Below are positions 17,101 to 24,780 of a DNA stretch of 32,000 nucleotides, one piece after another. Source of the stretch: Aeropyrum pernix K1 (GTDB lineage Archaea; Thermoproteota; Thermoprotei_A; Sulfolobales; Acidilobaceae); assembly GCF_000011125.1 (NCBI RefSeq), contig NC_000854.2:750001-782000 (forward strand), given 5' to 3'. Within the stretch, counting starts at the first letter, position 1, and each line of letters begins with the position of its first letter. The notes below the pieces were generated by a model. It worked only from the letters and a program-made list of their open reading frames with translations. It was not told the DNA's origin and did not search any database. The position numbers and the translations under genes were made by a program.

Positions 17101-18282
17101 GAGGCGCTGGCGGGGGCACGCGAGGCCCTAGGCTGGAGTGAGGGGGTGCGGGAGGAGGTCGTCCTGAGGCTGGCCCTGGCAGGCCTCTCCTGGGCGGGCG
17201 GCACTACGAGGGCCACGGTGGAGATCGCCGCCATCTCGTGGGTGGAGAGCAGCGCGCTATCCCTCCCCGCCACGGTAGAGGTTGAGGGCGAGGCTGTGGT
17301 GGAGGCTGTTGTGAACCCTCCGGAGCCCGGAGTCTACACGGGCTTCATAGTAGCCTCGACCGGGGTCGGGGAGTATAGGATGCCCTACACCATACTCAGC
17401 CCCTACAGGCCCAGCCACACAGGGGTACACGTCCCCCAGGGCCTGGGGCCCGACGAGTACTATGAGGAGGCCTGGGTCAGGGGGGCCTTCGACTACAGCT
17501 GGTGGTACGAGGACGGGGACTGGAGGATAGTACCCCTCGAGCTCCCTGGCCCGGGGTTGGCGGTGGCGAGGCTCCACTGGCCCGTGGAGGATGGTAGGGA
17601 GGCCTACGCCACCAACATAGACGCCTACCTATACCTCAACAGGCCCTCCATCACCGTGAGTGAGGCGGGGGAGGTCGTGGTTGGAGTGGAGGAGATGGCC
17701 CTAGCCTCCAGGGAGGCGTCGGCCGCGAACAGGTTCTTCGACCCCACCCTAACGGGGTTCTGGGACCAGCCTGGCTCGGGGCCAGGGGAGACTGTGCTCG
17801 CAGCCTACAACCACGCCCCCGGCAGGGTCCTTCTAGTGTACAGGAGTGTGCAGTACAGCGGCGAGACGGCCCGGCAGCCCGTGGTGATAACCTTATATCA
17901 TACACCGGTATCGACGCGGGGCACCCTAGCCACCGGCGAGACGACGCTGGCCTCAGTCTCCATGGCCTCCCTCTACAGGCTAGGAAACCACGTCTCCACC
18001 CCGCTGGGAGCAGGGGTAGAGGCGTACCACCGGGAGGGCGGCTGGGCCCTACCACCCCCCGGGGCCTCTGCCAGCGTAGAGGCGTACCAGGAGGCCCTGG
18101 GCGGCCACGTACTCCACCTCTCCATAGCGGTGGCACTACCCGAAGAGCCGGTGCCGGAGTCGGTGCTGGTGAGTATAGACCTGGGCCTATCTATTCCTAG
18201 GATGAGCAGCGGCCTAACAGTGACAGGTGAGGCTGAGAGGGTTGAGAGCGAGACAATCTACATTACACTACCCACGGGCTAA
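14158..18282 (+). CDS. Secreted giant subtilisin-family (S8) serine protease
   Basis: Signal-peptide-like N-terminus. The catalytic triad motifs are VIGVIDTGVD (Asp203, nt 14764), DDDGHGTKAAS (His488, nt 15619) and GGTSMATPMAAGAAALA (Ser739, nt 16372). NSWG supplies the oxyanion Asn. Confidence 0.92.
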   Translation: MGWDKIVIGFPVLRLPYFAPAMLVFLILLQGFPGALASGYSLSGGEDLGGYGGYPAPLAMLVDSLGEEGLGLGDLEALGVAVPVVVYLEPWADAGALLEEYGGLVWLYRGPLVSLVGGALGVEDLLSLAGEPGVSLVVPAGPLRPVAKAEELPPDVPRRALGAVASASTEGGVVYDRPLRLTGALEAWEMGYRGEGVVIGVIDTGVDFSGPGLGEDKIAFSPEGLPLIVDYGMVFLAAPLYVEVDPDSGSGAVDFQGLYTVEAGPAGVGLLVKRSGGFASIAYLSPEGGYSSGYVEYSLEPPVLPQEVVDAALQGGAPPRYGLAVSENMAYTLDGGLLWYRMTVPGLVADADADGLYDTIYLDASTAVYHLASAARQAGLTLYPAPSAADYSFEGEKPVTPASPLAGYDARGDGDIDLPVGALAGYTVDLSGAALGMATGILGEMAAGLPEGGATLLPTEDLPAGYLLPGMDFWRGSYAVFHTDDDGHGTKAASTAAGREFIFRAETGLGLEVRMLVSGTAPEARLAASSFYIYEQAMLTLTGHVMVDAGTGEPLWIPPWMGGVDPWDRLDPRLNGGGVKAEWAWTGTPLVDLTTNSWGISSLQYYADKPLGLEEVSLFIDSITLETGVPHFIAAGNGGPGLGTVTAPATARLAVAVAAATDMAYLSLIQPGYLPLLAGLGGYGDPAYFSARGPSHAGAPKPGLAAIGGFAYTTGRSLDHYTGGRLDPRAAPLLFGGTSMATPMAAGAAALAIQALKESLGVERLGLEEWLRVYTALSMTAQWRGLPWGEMGNGIVDAAGAIRLLTGVDQGVLIYSATILEEAAGQAGVAAPGYGIPALLVWAGSGVETPVDIVLEGEGPVALKAVEPRLEVTVRSSVEIDLSSPVGESGYYTMYNAASIDPSMLPQGPVEVSLTLPYEVFDRQGRERTSTWWEGYVYGVLALLYWADLDGDGLGDDGEFYILSIDKKSSNVFRVFLSNAQEALAGAREALGWSEGVREEVVLRLALAGLSWAGGTTRATVEIAAISWVESSALSLPATVEVEGEAVVEAVVNPPEPGVYTGFIVASTGVGEYRMPYTILSPYRPSHTGVHVPQGLGPDEYYEEAWVRGAFDYSWWYEDGDWRIVPLELPGPGLAVARLHWPVEDGREAYATNIDAYLYLNRPSITVSEAGEVVVGVEEMALASREASAANRFFDPTLTGFWDQPGSGPGETVLAAYNHAPGRVLLVYRSVQYSGETARQPVVITLYHTPVSTRGTLATGETTLASVSMASLYRLGNHVSTPLGAGVEAYHREGGWALPPPGASASVEAYQEALGGHVLHLSIAVALPEEPVPESVLVSIDLGLSIPRMSSGLTVTGEAERVESETIYITLPTG

Positions 18283-18355
18283 CACCCCCCCAGAGGGCGG
18301 CCCAGGATGCCCCCTGTTTTCCCCGCGCCTGTACTCCCAGCTGTTCCAGGCTTGT

Positions 18356-18364
18356 GAGGTGGTG
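18356..18364 (+). promoter_or_regulatory. Shine-Dalgarno-like GAGGTGGTG ahead of GTG 18368
   Basis: The sequence is complementary to the archaeal 16S 3' end consensus. It sits 3-6 nt before the start codon. This is consistent with an internal operon gene translated from a protease-stalk co-transcript. Confidence 0.4.
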
Positions 18365-18367
18365 TAG

Positions 18368-19969
18368 GTGAGGCTTCGGGCGTCTAGGCTGTTCGCCTCG
18401 TTCTTCCTGGCTTTCACCCTCCTGGCCGCCCCGCTTGCGGGGGGCGGTGCTGCCGGGGCCCAGCCCTCGGCTTTTGTAGTGGGCCCCAGCCCCACGCCCC
18501 CTGTGGATATTGTGGTCTGGCTGGGCGGGTTCGAGCCCTACGATGTTGTGGAGGTATGGCTGTCAACCGGGGTTTCCGAGGTCCTGATAGCCACCCTATA
18601 CCTAGGCTCCGCGGGTGAGGGTGTAGAGCTCGTGGGCCTCCCCCGGAGTCTCGAGCCCGGAGTCTACACGCTCGAGTTTCGGGCCCTCTCAGGCCTCACC
18701 GCCTCTGCCATCGTAGAGGTTGTGGAGGCCACCATAACGCTCGACAAGAGCCAGGTGGGGGTGGGCGAGGTCCTCACGGCCGAGGTGGAGGGCCTGGGCG
18801 GTGGCGGGGTCTCATACGCCTACCAGCTTAGGATGGGGGGAGTGACCGTGGCCGTGGTGTATCCAGACGATAGCGGTAGGGCGGTGGCCAGCTTCACAGT
18901 ACCACCCCTCCCAAGCGGAGTCCATACTGTGGAGCTGGTCTACACGCCGCCCCTCTGGCTCAGGTTCCAGAGCATTTACGGGGGAGAGGCGGTGCTCGCC
19001 GCCGCGGAGGTTGAGGTGGCCGACGGTGTCGCTACAATCGGCGGGGCCAGGGAGATAGCAGAGGAGGTGGCCTCTGCTTACGTCGCCCCCCTTGAGGAGA
19101 GGCTTAGCCTGGTTGAGCAGGCCGTGGAGGACCTCGGCCTCGCTCTGGACAGCCTCGAGGAGAGGGTTGGGGACCTTGAGTTCGCGGTGGAGGACCTCAC
19201 CCTACAGCTATCCAGCCTAGACTCCAGGGTCGGGGCGCTGGAGGATAGAGTGGCGGATATTGAGGGTAGGCTGGAGGCCGTGGAAGGCTCCCTAGAGGAC
19301 CTCTCGGGCGCTGTGGATGCTATGAGCCAGCAGCTGCAGGCCCTTGCCGAGGACCTGGAGAGCCTAAGTAGCAGGGTCGAGGACCTCGAGGCCAGGGTGG
19401 GCAGCGTCGAGGATAGGCTCTCCCAGGCCGAGGAGGATATAGACAGCCTCACCACCAGCCTCGACAGCCTCAGGACAGAGCTCGAGGACCTCTCCACCAG
19501 GCTAGCGGAGGCCCAGGCCAGCCTGGAGGACCTCAACACAAGGCTAGACCAGGTAGCCTCAACTCTGCAGCAGCTCCAGCAGAGGCTCGCCACTGCAGAG
19601 GAGAGCCTGCAAGCCCTCACCGAGGACCTGGCCAGCCTCCAGGCGGAGGTGGAGACCCTACAGCAGTCCATCGTTGAGATAGACAGGAGGCTAGGCCAGC
19701 TAAGGAGCACCGTTGACGCTGTGAGGCTCGAGGTAGAGAGTCTCGGAGAAAAGCTGGTCCAGGCGGAGGAGAAGAACCAGAGGCAGGACGCAAGTATCGA
19801 GGACTTCCAGAGCCAGATCCAGGAGCTCAGGACCCAGCTAGATGAGAAGACCAGAGAAGCCCAGCAGACGGCCAGCACAGCCAGCCGCTGGAGCATGGCG
19901 GCGGCTGGAGCCTCACTCATAGCCCTAGCAGCAGCCGCAGCAGCGATAGCAAGAGTGTTGAGAGGCTAG
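18368..19969 (+). CDS. Surface stalk protein with signal peptide, about 200-aa beta-rich head, 36-heptad coiled coil and a C-terminal TM anchor
   Basis: N-terminal RLRASRLFASFFLAFTLLAAPLAGG signal. The heptad register is unbroken from L242 to E493 (nt 19091-19846). The C-terminal hydrophobic segment is WSMAAAGASLIALAAAAAAIARV (nt 19889-19957). Confidence 0.85.
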   Translation: MRLRASRLFASFFLAFTLLAAPLAGGGAAGAQPSAFVVGPSPTPPVDIVVWLGGFEPYDVVEVWLSTGVSEVLIATLYLGSAGEGVELVGLPRSLEPGVYTLEFRALSGLTASAIVEVVEATITLDKSQVGVGEVLTAEVEGLGGGGVSYAYQLRMGGVTVAVVYPDDSGRAVASFTVPPLPSGVHTVELVYTPPLWLRFQSIYGGEAVLAAAEVEVADGVATIGGAREIAEEVASAYVAPLEERLSLVEQAVEDLGLALDSLEERVGDLEFAVEDLTLQLSSLDSRVGALEDRVADIEGRLEAVEGSLEDLSGAVDAMSQQLQALAEDLESLSSRVEDLEARVGSVEDRLSQAEEDIDSLTTSLDSLRTELEDLSTRLAEAQASLEDLNTRLDQVASTLQQLQQRLATAEESLQALTEDLASLQAEVETLQQSIVEIDRRLGQLRSTVDAVRLEVESLGEKLVQAEEKNQRQDASIEDFQSQIQELRTQLDEKTREAQQTASTASRWSMAAAGASLIALAAAAAAIARVLRG

Positions 19970-20035
19970 AGGCGCGGCCTGGGGCTGGCTAACTCTCTGG
20001 GTGCCATCCCTTTAGCCACTACCCTCTCATCGATC

Positions 20036-20040
20036 TTTTT
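20036..20040 (+). terminator. Oligo-T tract after the stalk gene
   Basis: A TTTTT run lies 67 nt after the stop in a convergent intergenic region. Archaeal terminators are typically oligo-T tracts. Confidence 0.25.
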
Positions 20041-20146
20041 GCTGCCCCCTTGGCCAGAAGCTCCCCGGCCTAGGGGATGTACGTCTATGGTGCAATCTAT
20101 ATTCAGTGTAACGTAGACTGTATACGCGACTATAGGCACACTTAGT

Positions 20147-21259
20147 CTAGGAGCGGCGGGGCCCGGCGAGGCCCCTCGTCCCCACCACGCCCTCGGGCCT
20201 GAACTGGACGGCGGCCGCGGCTAGGGCTGCCAAGACGATTATATACGATACATCGGGGGCCACGGCCCTGACGATTGCTCCCGCCGAGAGGAGTGCCGGG
20301 GGGATGGGCTGGTAGTTCTTGGATAGCTTGACCCGCGCTACCTGGGGTAGTAGGAGGGGGGCGTGGAGGATTATGTGGACGCCTATGAACCCGATGTAGA
20401 GCAGGTGGAGCTTCACAAGCATAGTGGCCTGGGGGTGGAGGGAGAGCAGCATGGGGGGTATTGTTAGGAGGTGGGAGGCGGCCATGTACCTTAGCGTCCC
20501 CCCCGCGGGCCCCGGGAGCCTGGAGGCCCTCCTCAAAAGCTCGGGAGCCCGGTGGAGCCCCAGGGCGGGGTAGTAGGCTAGGAGGCCTGCCAGGGCGAGT
20601 GTTGCGTGGAGCCCCAGGCCGAGGATGGCGAGGGCCAGGGCGAGTGCGTTGGGCGCCAACACGGCGGCCATAAGCTGGCTGGTTGGCCTCCTGCCATAGT
20701 TCCTGGCGACCGTGTATAGACTTACGACGAGTATCATGGGGGCGTCGAGGTAGAGGCCTATCCTCAGCATCAACTCCACAACACCCAACCCCTCCAGGGG
20801 GAGAGCAAGGGATACGGCGCCCGCGATAGGGGGGTATAGCAGGGGCCACCGCGGCTCCCGCCTACGCCAGCCCACCAGCTGGAGTAGGGTGTGGAGGCCC
20901 AGGAATGCCAGGGCAGAAGCGGCCAGGGGCCTCCAAGGCAGCCCGGCGAGGTATAGGAGGAGGCTTAGGATAGCGCTGGAGACCGCCAGCACCGGGGCCA
21001 GGGCCTCGACCCCCCTACGGGGGGCGCCGCTCTTGAGGCTGCCCGTGAAGACGATATACATGGACAGGGGGAAGACCAGGCCCAAACCCAGCCCCACAAG
21101 CCCCATATGAAGACCAGGCGCCAGGGGGGCTAGGACAACACCAAGGAGCCCCCCGCCCAGCCCCAGGGCTATACCCGGCAGGGCGGCTGTTGAGAGCTTC
21201 ACCTGGAAAGCCTCTCCCCGCCACACCCTAGACCCCCCGCGCCCAGACTGGGCAGCCAC
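20147..21259 (-). CDS. Polytopic integral membrane protein of unknown function
   Basis: The 370-aa ORF has about 10 hydrophobic segments and a His-rich segment, HLLYIGFIGVHIILHAPLLLP. I recognise no family. Confidence 0.7.
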   Translation of the reverse strand: MAAQSGRGGSRVWRGEAFQVKLSTAALPGIALGLGGGLLGVVLAPLAPGLHMGLVGLGLGLVFPLSMYIVFTGSLKSGAPRRGVEALAPVLAVSSAILSLLLYLAGLPWRPLAASALAFLGLHTLLQLVGWRRREPRWPLLYPPIAGAVSLALPLEGLGVVELMLRIGLYLDAPMILVVSLYTVARNYGRRPTSQLMAAVLAPNALALALAILGLGLHATLALAGLLAYYPALGLHRAPELLRRASRLPGPAGGTLRYMAASHLLTIPPMLLSLHPQATMLVKLHLLYIGFIGVHIILHAPLLLPQVARVKLSKNYQPIPPALLSAGAIVRAVAPDVSYIIVLAALAAAAVQFRPEGVVGTRGLAGPRRS

Positions 21260-21387
21260 CAGTTTTAGAGAGCTGTGACACAGATATCATTGGCTCCACA
21301 ACATAATCTACCTTCTCTTAGGGGTTCTCCAGCAGTAATATGCTATAAAAGGTCCGGGGCAGGCCCTAGCCACTCATTATCAACAAT

Positions 21388-22323
21388 GTGATAAATTATT
21401 GTAGCAACATTTACTATTGTTGGCATCGTCACATTCCACGTTTAATCACTCCCCGTGGAACTGGGGGATTAGTAGTGGGCATCTACCATCTTCCCGAGGA
21501 TTTTGATAGGAGGCCTGTTGCAGCCTACACCGCGAGGGAGGCCTTAGGCTACTGCTTCCTAGGCTCACTCATACTAGTTGCCTTCTCCTTCTCTGCAACC
21601 TTCCTCCGAAACTTCCTCCTAAGGGAGAGCCCCGAGCCGACCCTGGCCCGAGGGGTCTATAACCCGGTCGCCTTCATCGTCGCTGGCGTGAGGGAGCGGC
21701 TTTACGAGGCTGGGTCTGGGCCGGGTGGCTTCCTCCTCCTGCTTATGACGGTGCTTCTCGCCGTGATCATGTTCTTCCTCCTTGCCGCTCTAGTGTATCT
21801 GAGCGTTGTCCAGTCTACTTTGCTCGGGAGGGTCTCCAGCGTTCTTGGCTGGGGTCTCGACGGGTTTATGGCGAGGCTCACAGGCCTGGGCGGGGCTGTT
21901 TTCGCCTTTTCCACCGTGGCTTTCGTGCTCTACATTCTGGCACTGGCCCTCCCCCTGCCAGGCCTCTACACCCTCTACCAGCGGTACCCCGAGTATGAGA
22001 TCTACTTTACCGCTATAGCCACAATCTACCTGGCGACTACCGCTTTAACCCTGCTCTGGAGCCTACTACACGCTCCACCCACCACTGCGAGGACAGCCGC
22101 GGCAGCCCTGCTGGCATTGGTGTCTCTAATCTTGACGTGGCTATCCCTAGCACACCCCGAGGTCACGATAGGCCCGACGGGCCCTCTAGGGATGGCGGCA
22201 GGCCTGGCAATACTCTACGTCGAGATGGAGAGGAGGATTAGGGAGAGGTACGGGGAGGAGGCTCTAGAGGAGGCTAGAACCGTGCTCGACATCCTTGAGG
22301 GCGGAGAGCGCGAACAAGAATAG
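21388..22323 (+). CDS. Membrane protein of unknown function with an acidic C-terminal tail
   Basis: Contains several hydrophobic helices and a C-terminal EMERRIRERYGEEALEEARTVLDILEGGEREQE tail. The start is uncertain (GTG 21388 or GTG 21475). Confidence 0.6.
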   Translation: MINYCSNIYYCWHRHIPRLITPRGTGGLVVGIYHLPEDFDRRPVAAYTAREALGYCFLGSLILVAFSFSATFLRNFLLRESPEPTLARGVYNPVAFIVAGVRERLYEAGSGPGGFLLLLMTVLLAVIMFFLLAALVYLSVVQSTLLGRVSSVLGWGLDGFMARLTGLGGAVFAFSTVAFVLYILALALPLPGLYTLYQRYPEYEIYFTAIATIYLATTALTLLWSLLHAPPTTARTAAAALLALVSLILTWLSLAHPEVTIGPTGPLGMAAGLAILYVEMERRIRERYGEEALEEARTVLDILEGGEREQE

Positions 22324-22361
22324 CCCGGCCGAACCGCTGACACCCGGTTGAGGAGCAATAC

Positions 22362-22368
22362 TATAAAT
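22362..22368 (+). promoter_or_regulatory. TATA box for a probably leaderless transcript starting at ATG 22391
   Basis: The TATAAAT is centred 26 nt upstream of the ATG. Confidence 0.4.
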
Positions 22369-22390
22369 CTTAGGAGAACTATGTCTATCC

Positions 22391-23461
22391 ATGAAGCCTA
22401 CACCCTACCATATCAACCAGCCTGCAATACCGGTGGGTACCGAGATGTCGAGCCTTTCGAAAAGGGAGATCGAGAAGATACTGAGGACGCTGGAGCGAGA
22501 TAGGGAGTTCCGCTACGCCCTAATGGGGCTACTGGGCTTCAAAGAGCTGCTTGAGAGGTTTGAGAAGCTTGAGGAGAGGCAGCTCCGCCTAGAGGAGCGG
22601 TTCAGTCAGCTGGAGGAGCGTCAAATCAAGCTTGAAGAGAGGTTCCAGCTACTGGAAAAACGTTTCCAGCGGCTTGAGGAGAGGCATTTACGCCTGGAAC
22701 GGCGGTTCCAAAAGCTTGATGAGCGTTTCCAAAGGCTCGAGCAACGGCAGCTCAGGCTAGAAGAGAGGTTCCAAAGGCTCGAGCAGAGGTTCCAATCCCT
22801 TGAAGAACGCTATCTCAGGCTGGAGCAGAGGTTCCAAAGGCTCGAGGAGAGGTTCCGGCTTCTGGAGGAGCGTTTCCAGAAGCTCGAGCAGCGGCAGCTC
22901 CACCTCGAGGAGCGTTTCCAGAGGCTTGAGGAGCGCCAGCTCAAGCTAGAGCAGCGGTTCCAAAAGCTTGAAGAACGCCATCTCAAGCTGGAACAGCGTT
23001 TCCAGAGGCTTGAGGAGGAGTTTAGGAGGCTCTCCGAGCGGGTTCTACGTGTGGAGCAGGCCCTGGTCAACATGATGAGGATGATGAACACAATAGCCCA
23101 CAGGTTCGGGATACTCACTGAGGAGGCTTTTAGGAGTGCGATGAAGCACGTGGTTGAAGAGGTCCTGGGTGCAGGCGTGGTCGGCCGCTGGATCCACCAT
23201 GATAAGGAGGGCATCGTATACGGCCACCCCTCCATCGTTGAGGTCGACGTGGTAGTTAAGGACGGGCAGCACGTGCTCGTAGAGATCAAGTCACAGGTGA
23301 CTCAGGCGGACGTGGCGGAGATGCACAGGATCGGCCTGCTATATGAGAGGGCGGAGGGCGTGAAGCCGAGGCTCGTAATAGTCGGCGGCTTCGTGGATGA
23401 GAGGGCCCGGGCCCTCGCGGAGAGGCTGGGCGTCGAGATCGCCCCGATAACCCCCCAGTAA
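22391..23461 (+). CDS. Coiled-coil repeat protein with a C-terminal PD-(D/E)XK nuclease-like domain (DUF3782-like architecture)
   Basis: Carries 24 consecutive heptads of R-[FQHY]-x-x-L-E-x. The C-terminal SIVEVDVVVKDGQHVLVEIKS gives D286...E298-x-K300, and an upstream EEAFR could supply the first acidic residue. Confidence 0.85.
   Translation: MKPTPYHINQPAIPVGTEMSSLSKREIEKILRTLERDREFRYALMGLLGFKELLERFEKLEERQLRLEERFSQLEERQIKLEERFQLLEKRFQRLEERHLRLERRFQKLDERFQRLEQRQLRLEERFQRLEQRFQSLEERYLRLEQRFQRLEERFRLLEERFQKLEQRQLHLEERFQRLEERQLKLEQRFQKLEERHLKLEQRFQRLEEEFRRLSERVLRVEQALVNMMRMMNTIAHRFGILTEEAFRSAMKHVVEEVLGAGVVGRWIHHDKEGIVYGHPSIVEVDVVVKDGQHVLVEIKSQVTQADVAEMHRIGLLYERAEGVKPRLVIVGGFVDERARALAERLGVEIAPITPQ
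22556..23059 (+). repeat. 24 tandem 21-bp coding repeats
   Basis: The repeats encode RFEKLEE RQLRLEE RFSQLEE ... RVLRVEQ (residues 56-223, 504 nt). Many units are near-identical at the DNA level, for example gagaggttccaaaggctcgag. Confidence 0.9.
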
Positions 23462-23598
23462 ACAGGCTCTCCCTCCCCCACGGGAAAATCCTCCAGACAC
23501 GTGTAGAGGGTTTATCTCTACCACCCGTTTTCGACTCTATAAAAACAGTTGGCCCACCACATCATCCCTCCCCCGGTAGTATAGATTTTCTATGGAGG

Positions 23599-24780
23599 AT
23601 GGTGGGCCGCGTGCGGAAGGGTCTTGGATCCGGTGTTTACGGGAGTATCCTGGACCTTGTAGGCGGCACCCCCCTTCTCAGGCTGGGCAGGGTGGAGCGT
23701 TTCTTCCGGCTAGAGGGTGTGGAGCTCTACGGCAAGCTCGAGATGTTCAACCCTGGGGGTAGCGTGAAGGACAGGATAGGGCTTTACATGCTGATGGACG
23801 CTAGGAGCAGGGGGCTTGTTGAGGAGGGCGCGGTTATAATCGAGCCTACAGCCGGCAACACGGGGGTAGGCCTGGCGCTCGCCGCAATACACTACGGCTT
23901 CAGGCTTGTCGCTGTTATGCCGTCGAAGATGAGCGTGGAGAAGGAGCTAATACTCAGGGCTTACGGCGCCTACGTCATCAGAACCCCCACAGCAGTCCCC
24001 CCGGAGAGCCCCCTCTCCTACTATAGGGTGGCGGAGGCGGTGAGGAACCTGCTATGGATGATAGGCGGCAGGCCCGGTGGGGGGGAGGTGAGGAAGGTTG
24101 TGGAGAAGGTGCAGACGCTTGTGAGGGAGGAGAGGGTTGAGGACCTCAGGTCTATACTGGAGGCCAGCGTCGAGCCCACCCCCTACGCCTACATACCAAA
24201 CCAGTACAGCAACCCGGCGAACCCACGGGCCCACGAGGAGACGACGGGGAGGGAGATATGGATGCAGACTGGCGGCAGGGTTGACGTGGTCTACGCCGGC
24301 ATGGGGACCAGGGGGACTATAACCGGGGTGGCCCGCTATCTGAAGAGGGCCAAGCCCTCTGTGAGGATTGTGGGCGTGGACCCTGAGGGGAGCATATACA
24401 GCCTCGTCAAGAAGGGCATGAGCCCCCACGAGGCAGCGAAGCACGCCAGACCCTACAAGGTGGAGGGGATAGGGGAGGACTTCATACCCTCAACCATAGA
24501 CCTGAGCCTCGTGGACGAGGTGGTTGTGGTCACGGACCAGCAGGCCTTCTCCATGGCCAGGATGCTGGCCCGGCTCGAGGGTGTGCTGGCGGGGGGCTCC
24601 TCGGGCGCCGCCCTCTACGCGGCCGTGAAGCACATAAAGACCAGGAGGGTCAGGGGTGTTGCCGTGGTTATACTCCCCGACACGGGCAGGAACTACATCA
24701 ACAAGCTCTACAACGACAGGTGGATGGGGGAGAACGGTTTCTCCACTAGGGACGAGGAGGTCCTGGGGGAGCTGCTGTGA
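23599..24780 (+). CDS. Cystathionine beta-synthase-type PLP enzyme (fold type II; CBS/cysteine synthase family), catalytic core only
   Basis: GGSVKDR PLP-lysine motif, NQYSNPANPRAH, VEGIGEDFIP and ILPDTGRNYINKLYNDRWM resemble a CBS catalytic core. There is no C-terminal CBS-domain pair. Confidence 0.9.
   Translation: MVGRVRKGLGSGVYGSILDLVGGTPLLRLGRVERFFRLEGVELYGKLEMFNPGGSVKDRIGLYMLMDARSRGLVEEGAVIIEPTAGNTGVGLALAAIHYGFRLVAVMPSKMSVEKELILRAYGAYVIRTPTAVPPESPLSYYRVAEAVRNLLWMIGGRPGGGEVRKVVEKVQTLVREERVEDLRSILEASVEPTPYAYIPNQYSNPANPRAHEETTGREIWMQTGGRVDVVYAGMGTRGTITGVARYLKRAKPSVRIVGVDPEGSIYSLVKKGMSPHEAAKHARPYKVEGIGEDFIPSTIDLSLVDEVVVVTDQQAFSMARMLARLEGVLAGGSSGAALYAAVKHIKTRRVRGVAVVILPDTGRNYINKLYNDRWMGENGFSTRDEEVLGELL

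Noticed and set aside
19078-19920. 280-aa minus-strand ORF inside the stalk gene
   Set aside because: It is a Ser/Leu/Arg-rich artefact of reading the periodic coiled-coil coding repeat in antisense, and it has no start context.
20142-20849. 235-aa alternative-frame ORF overlapping the membrane-protein gene
   Set aside because: The product is Pro/Arg/Gly-rich and non-globular. The competing frame encodes regular transmembrane helices over a longer ORF.
22810-23289. 159-aa minus-strand ORF across the 21-bp repeat region
   Set aside because: It is the antisense reading of the heptad repeats (a Ser-rich repetitive product). The plus frame carries the coherent domain structure.
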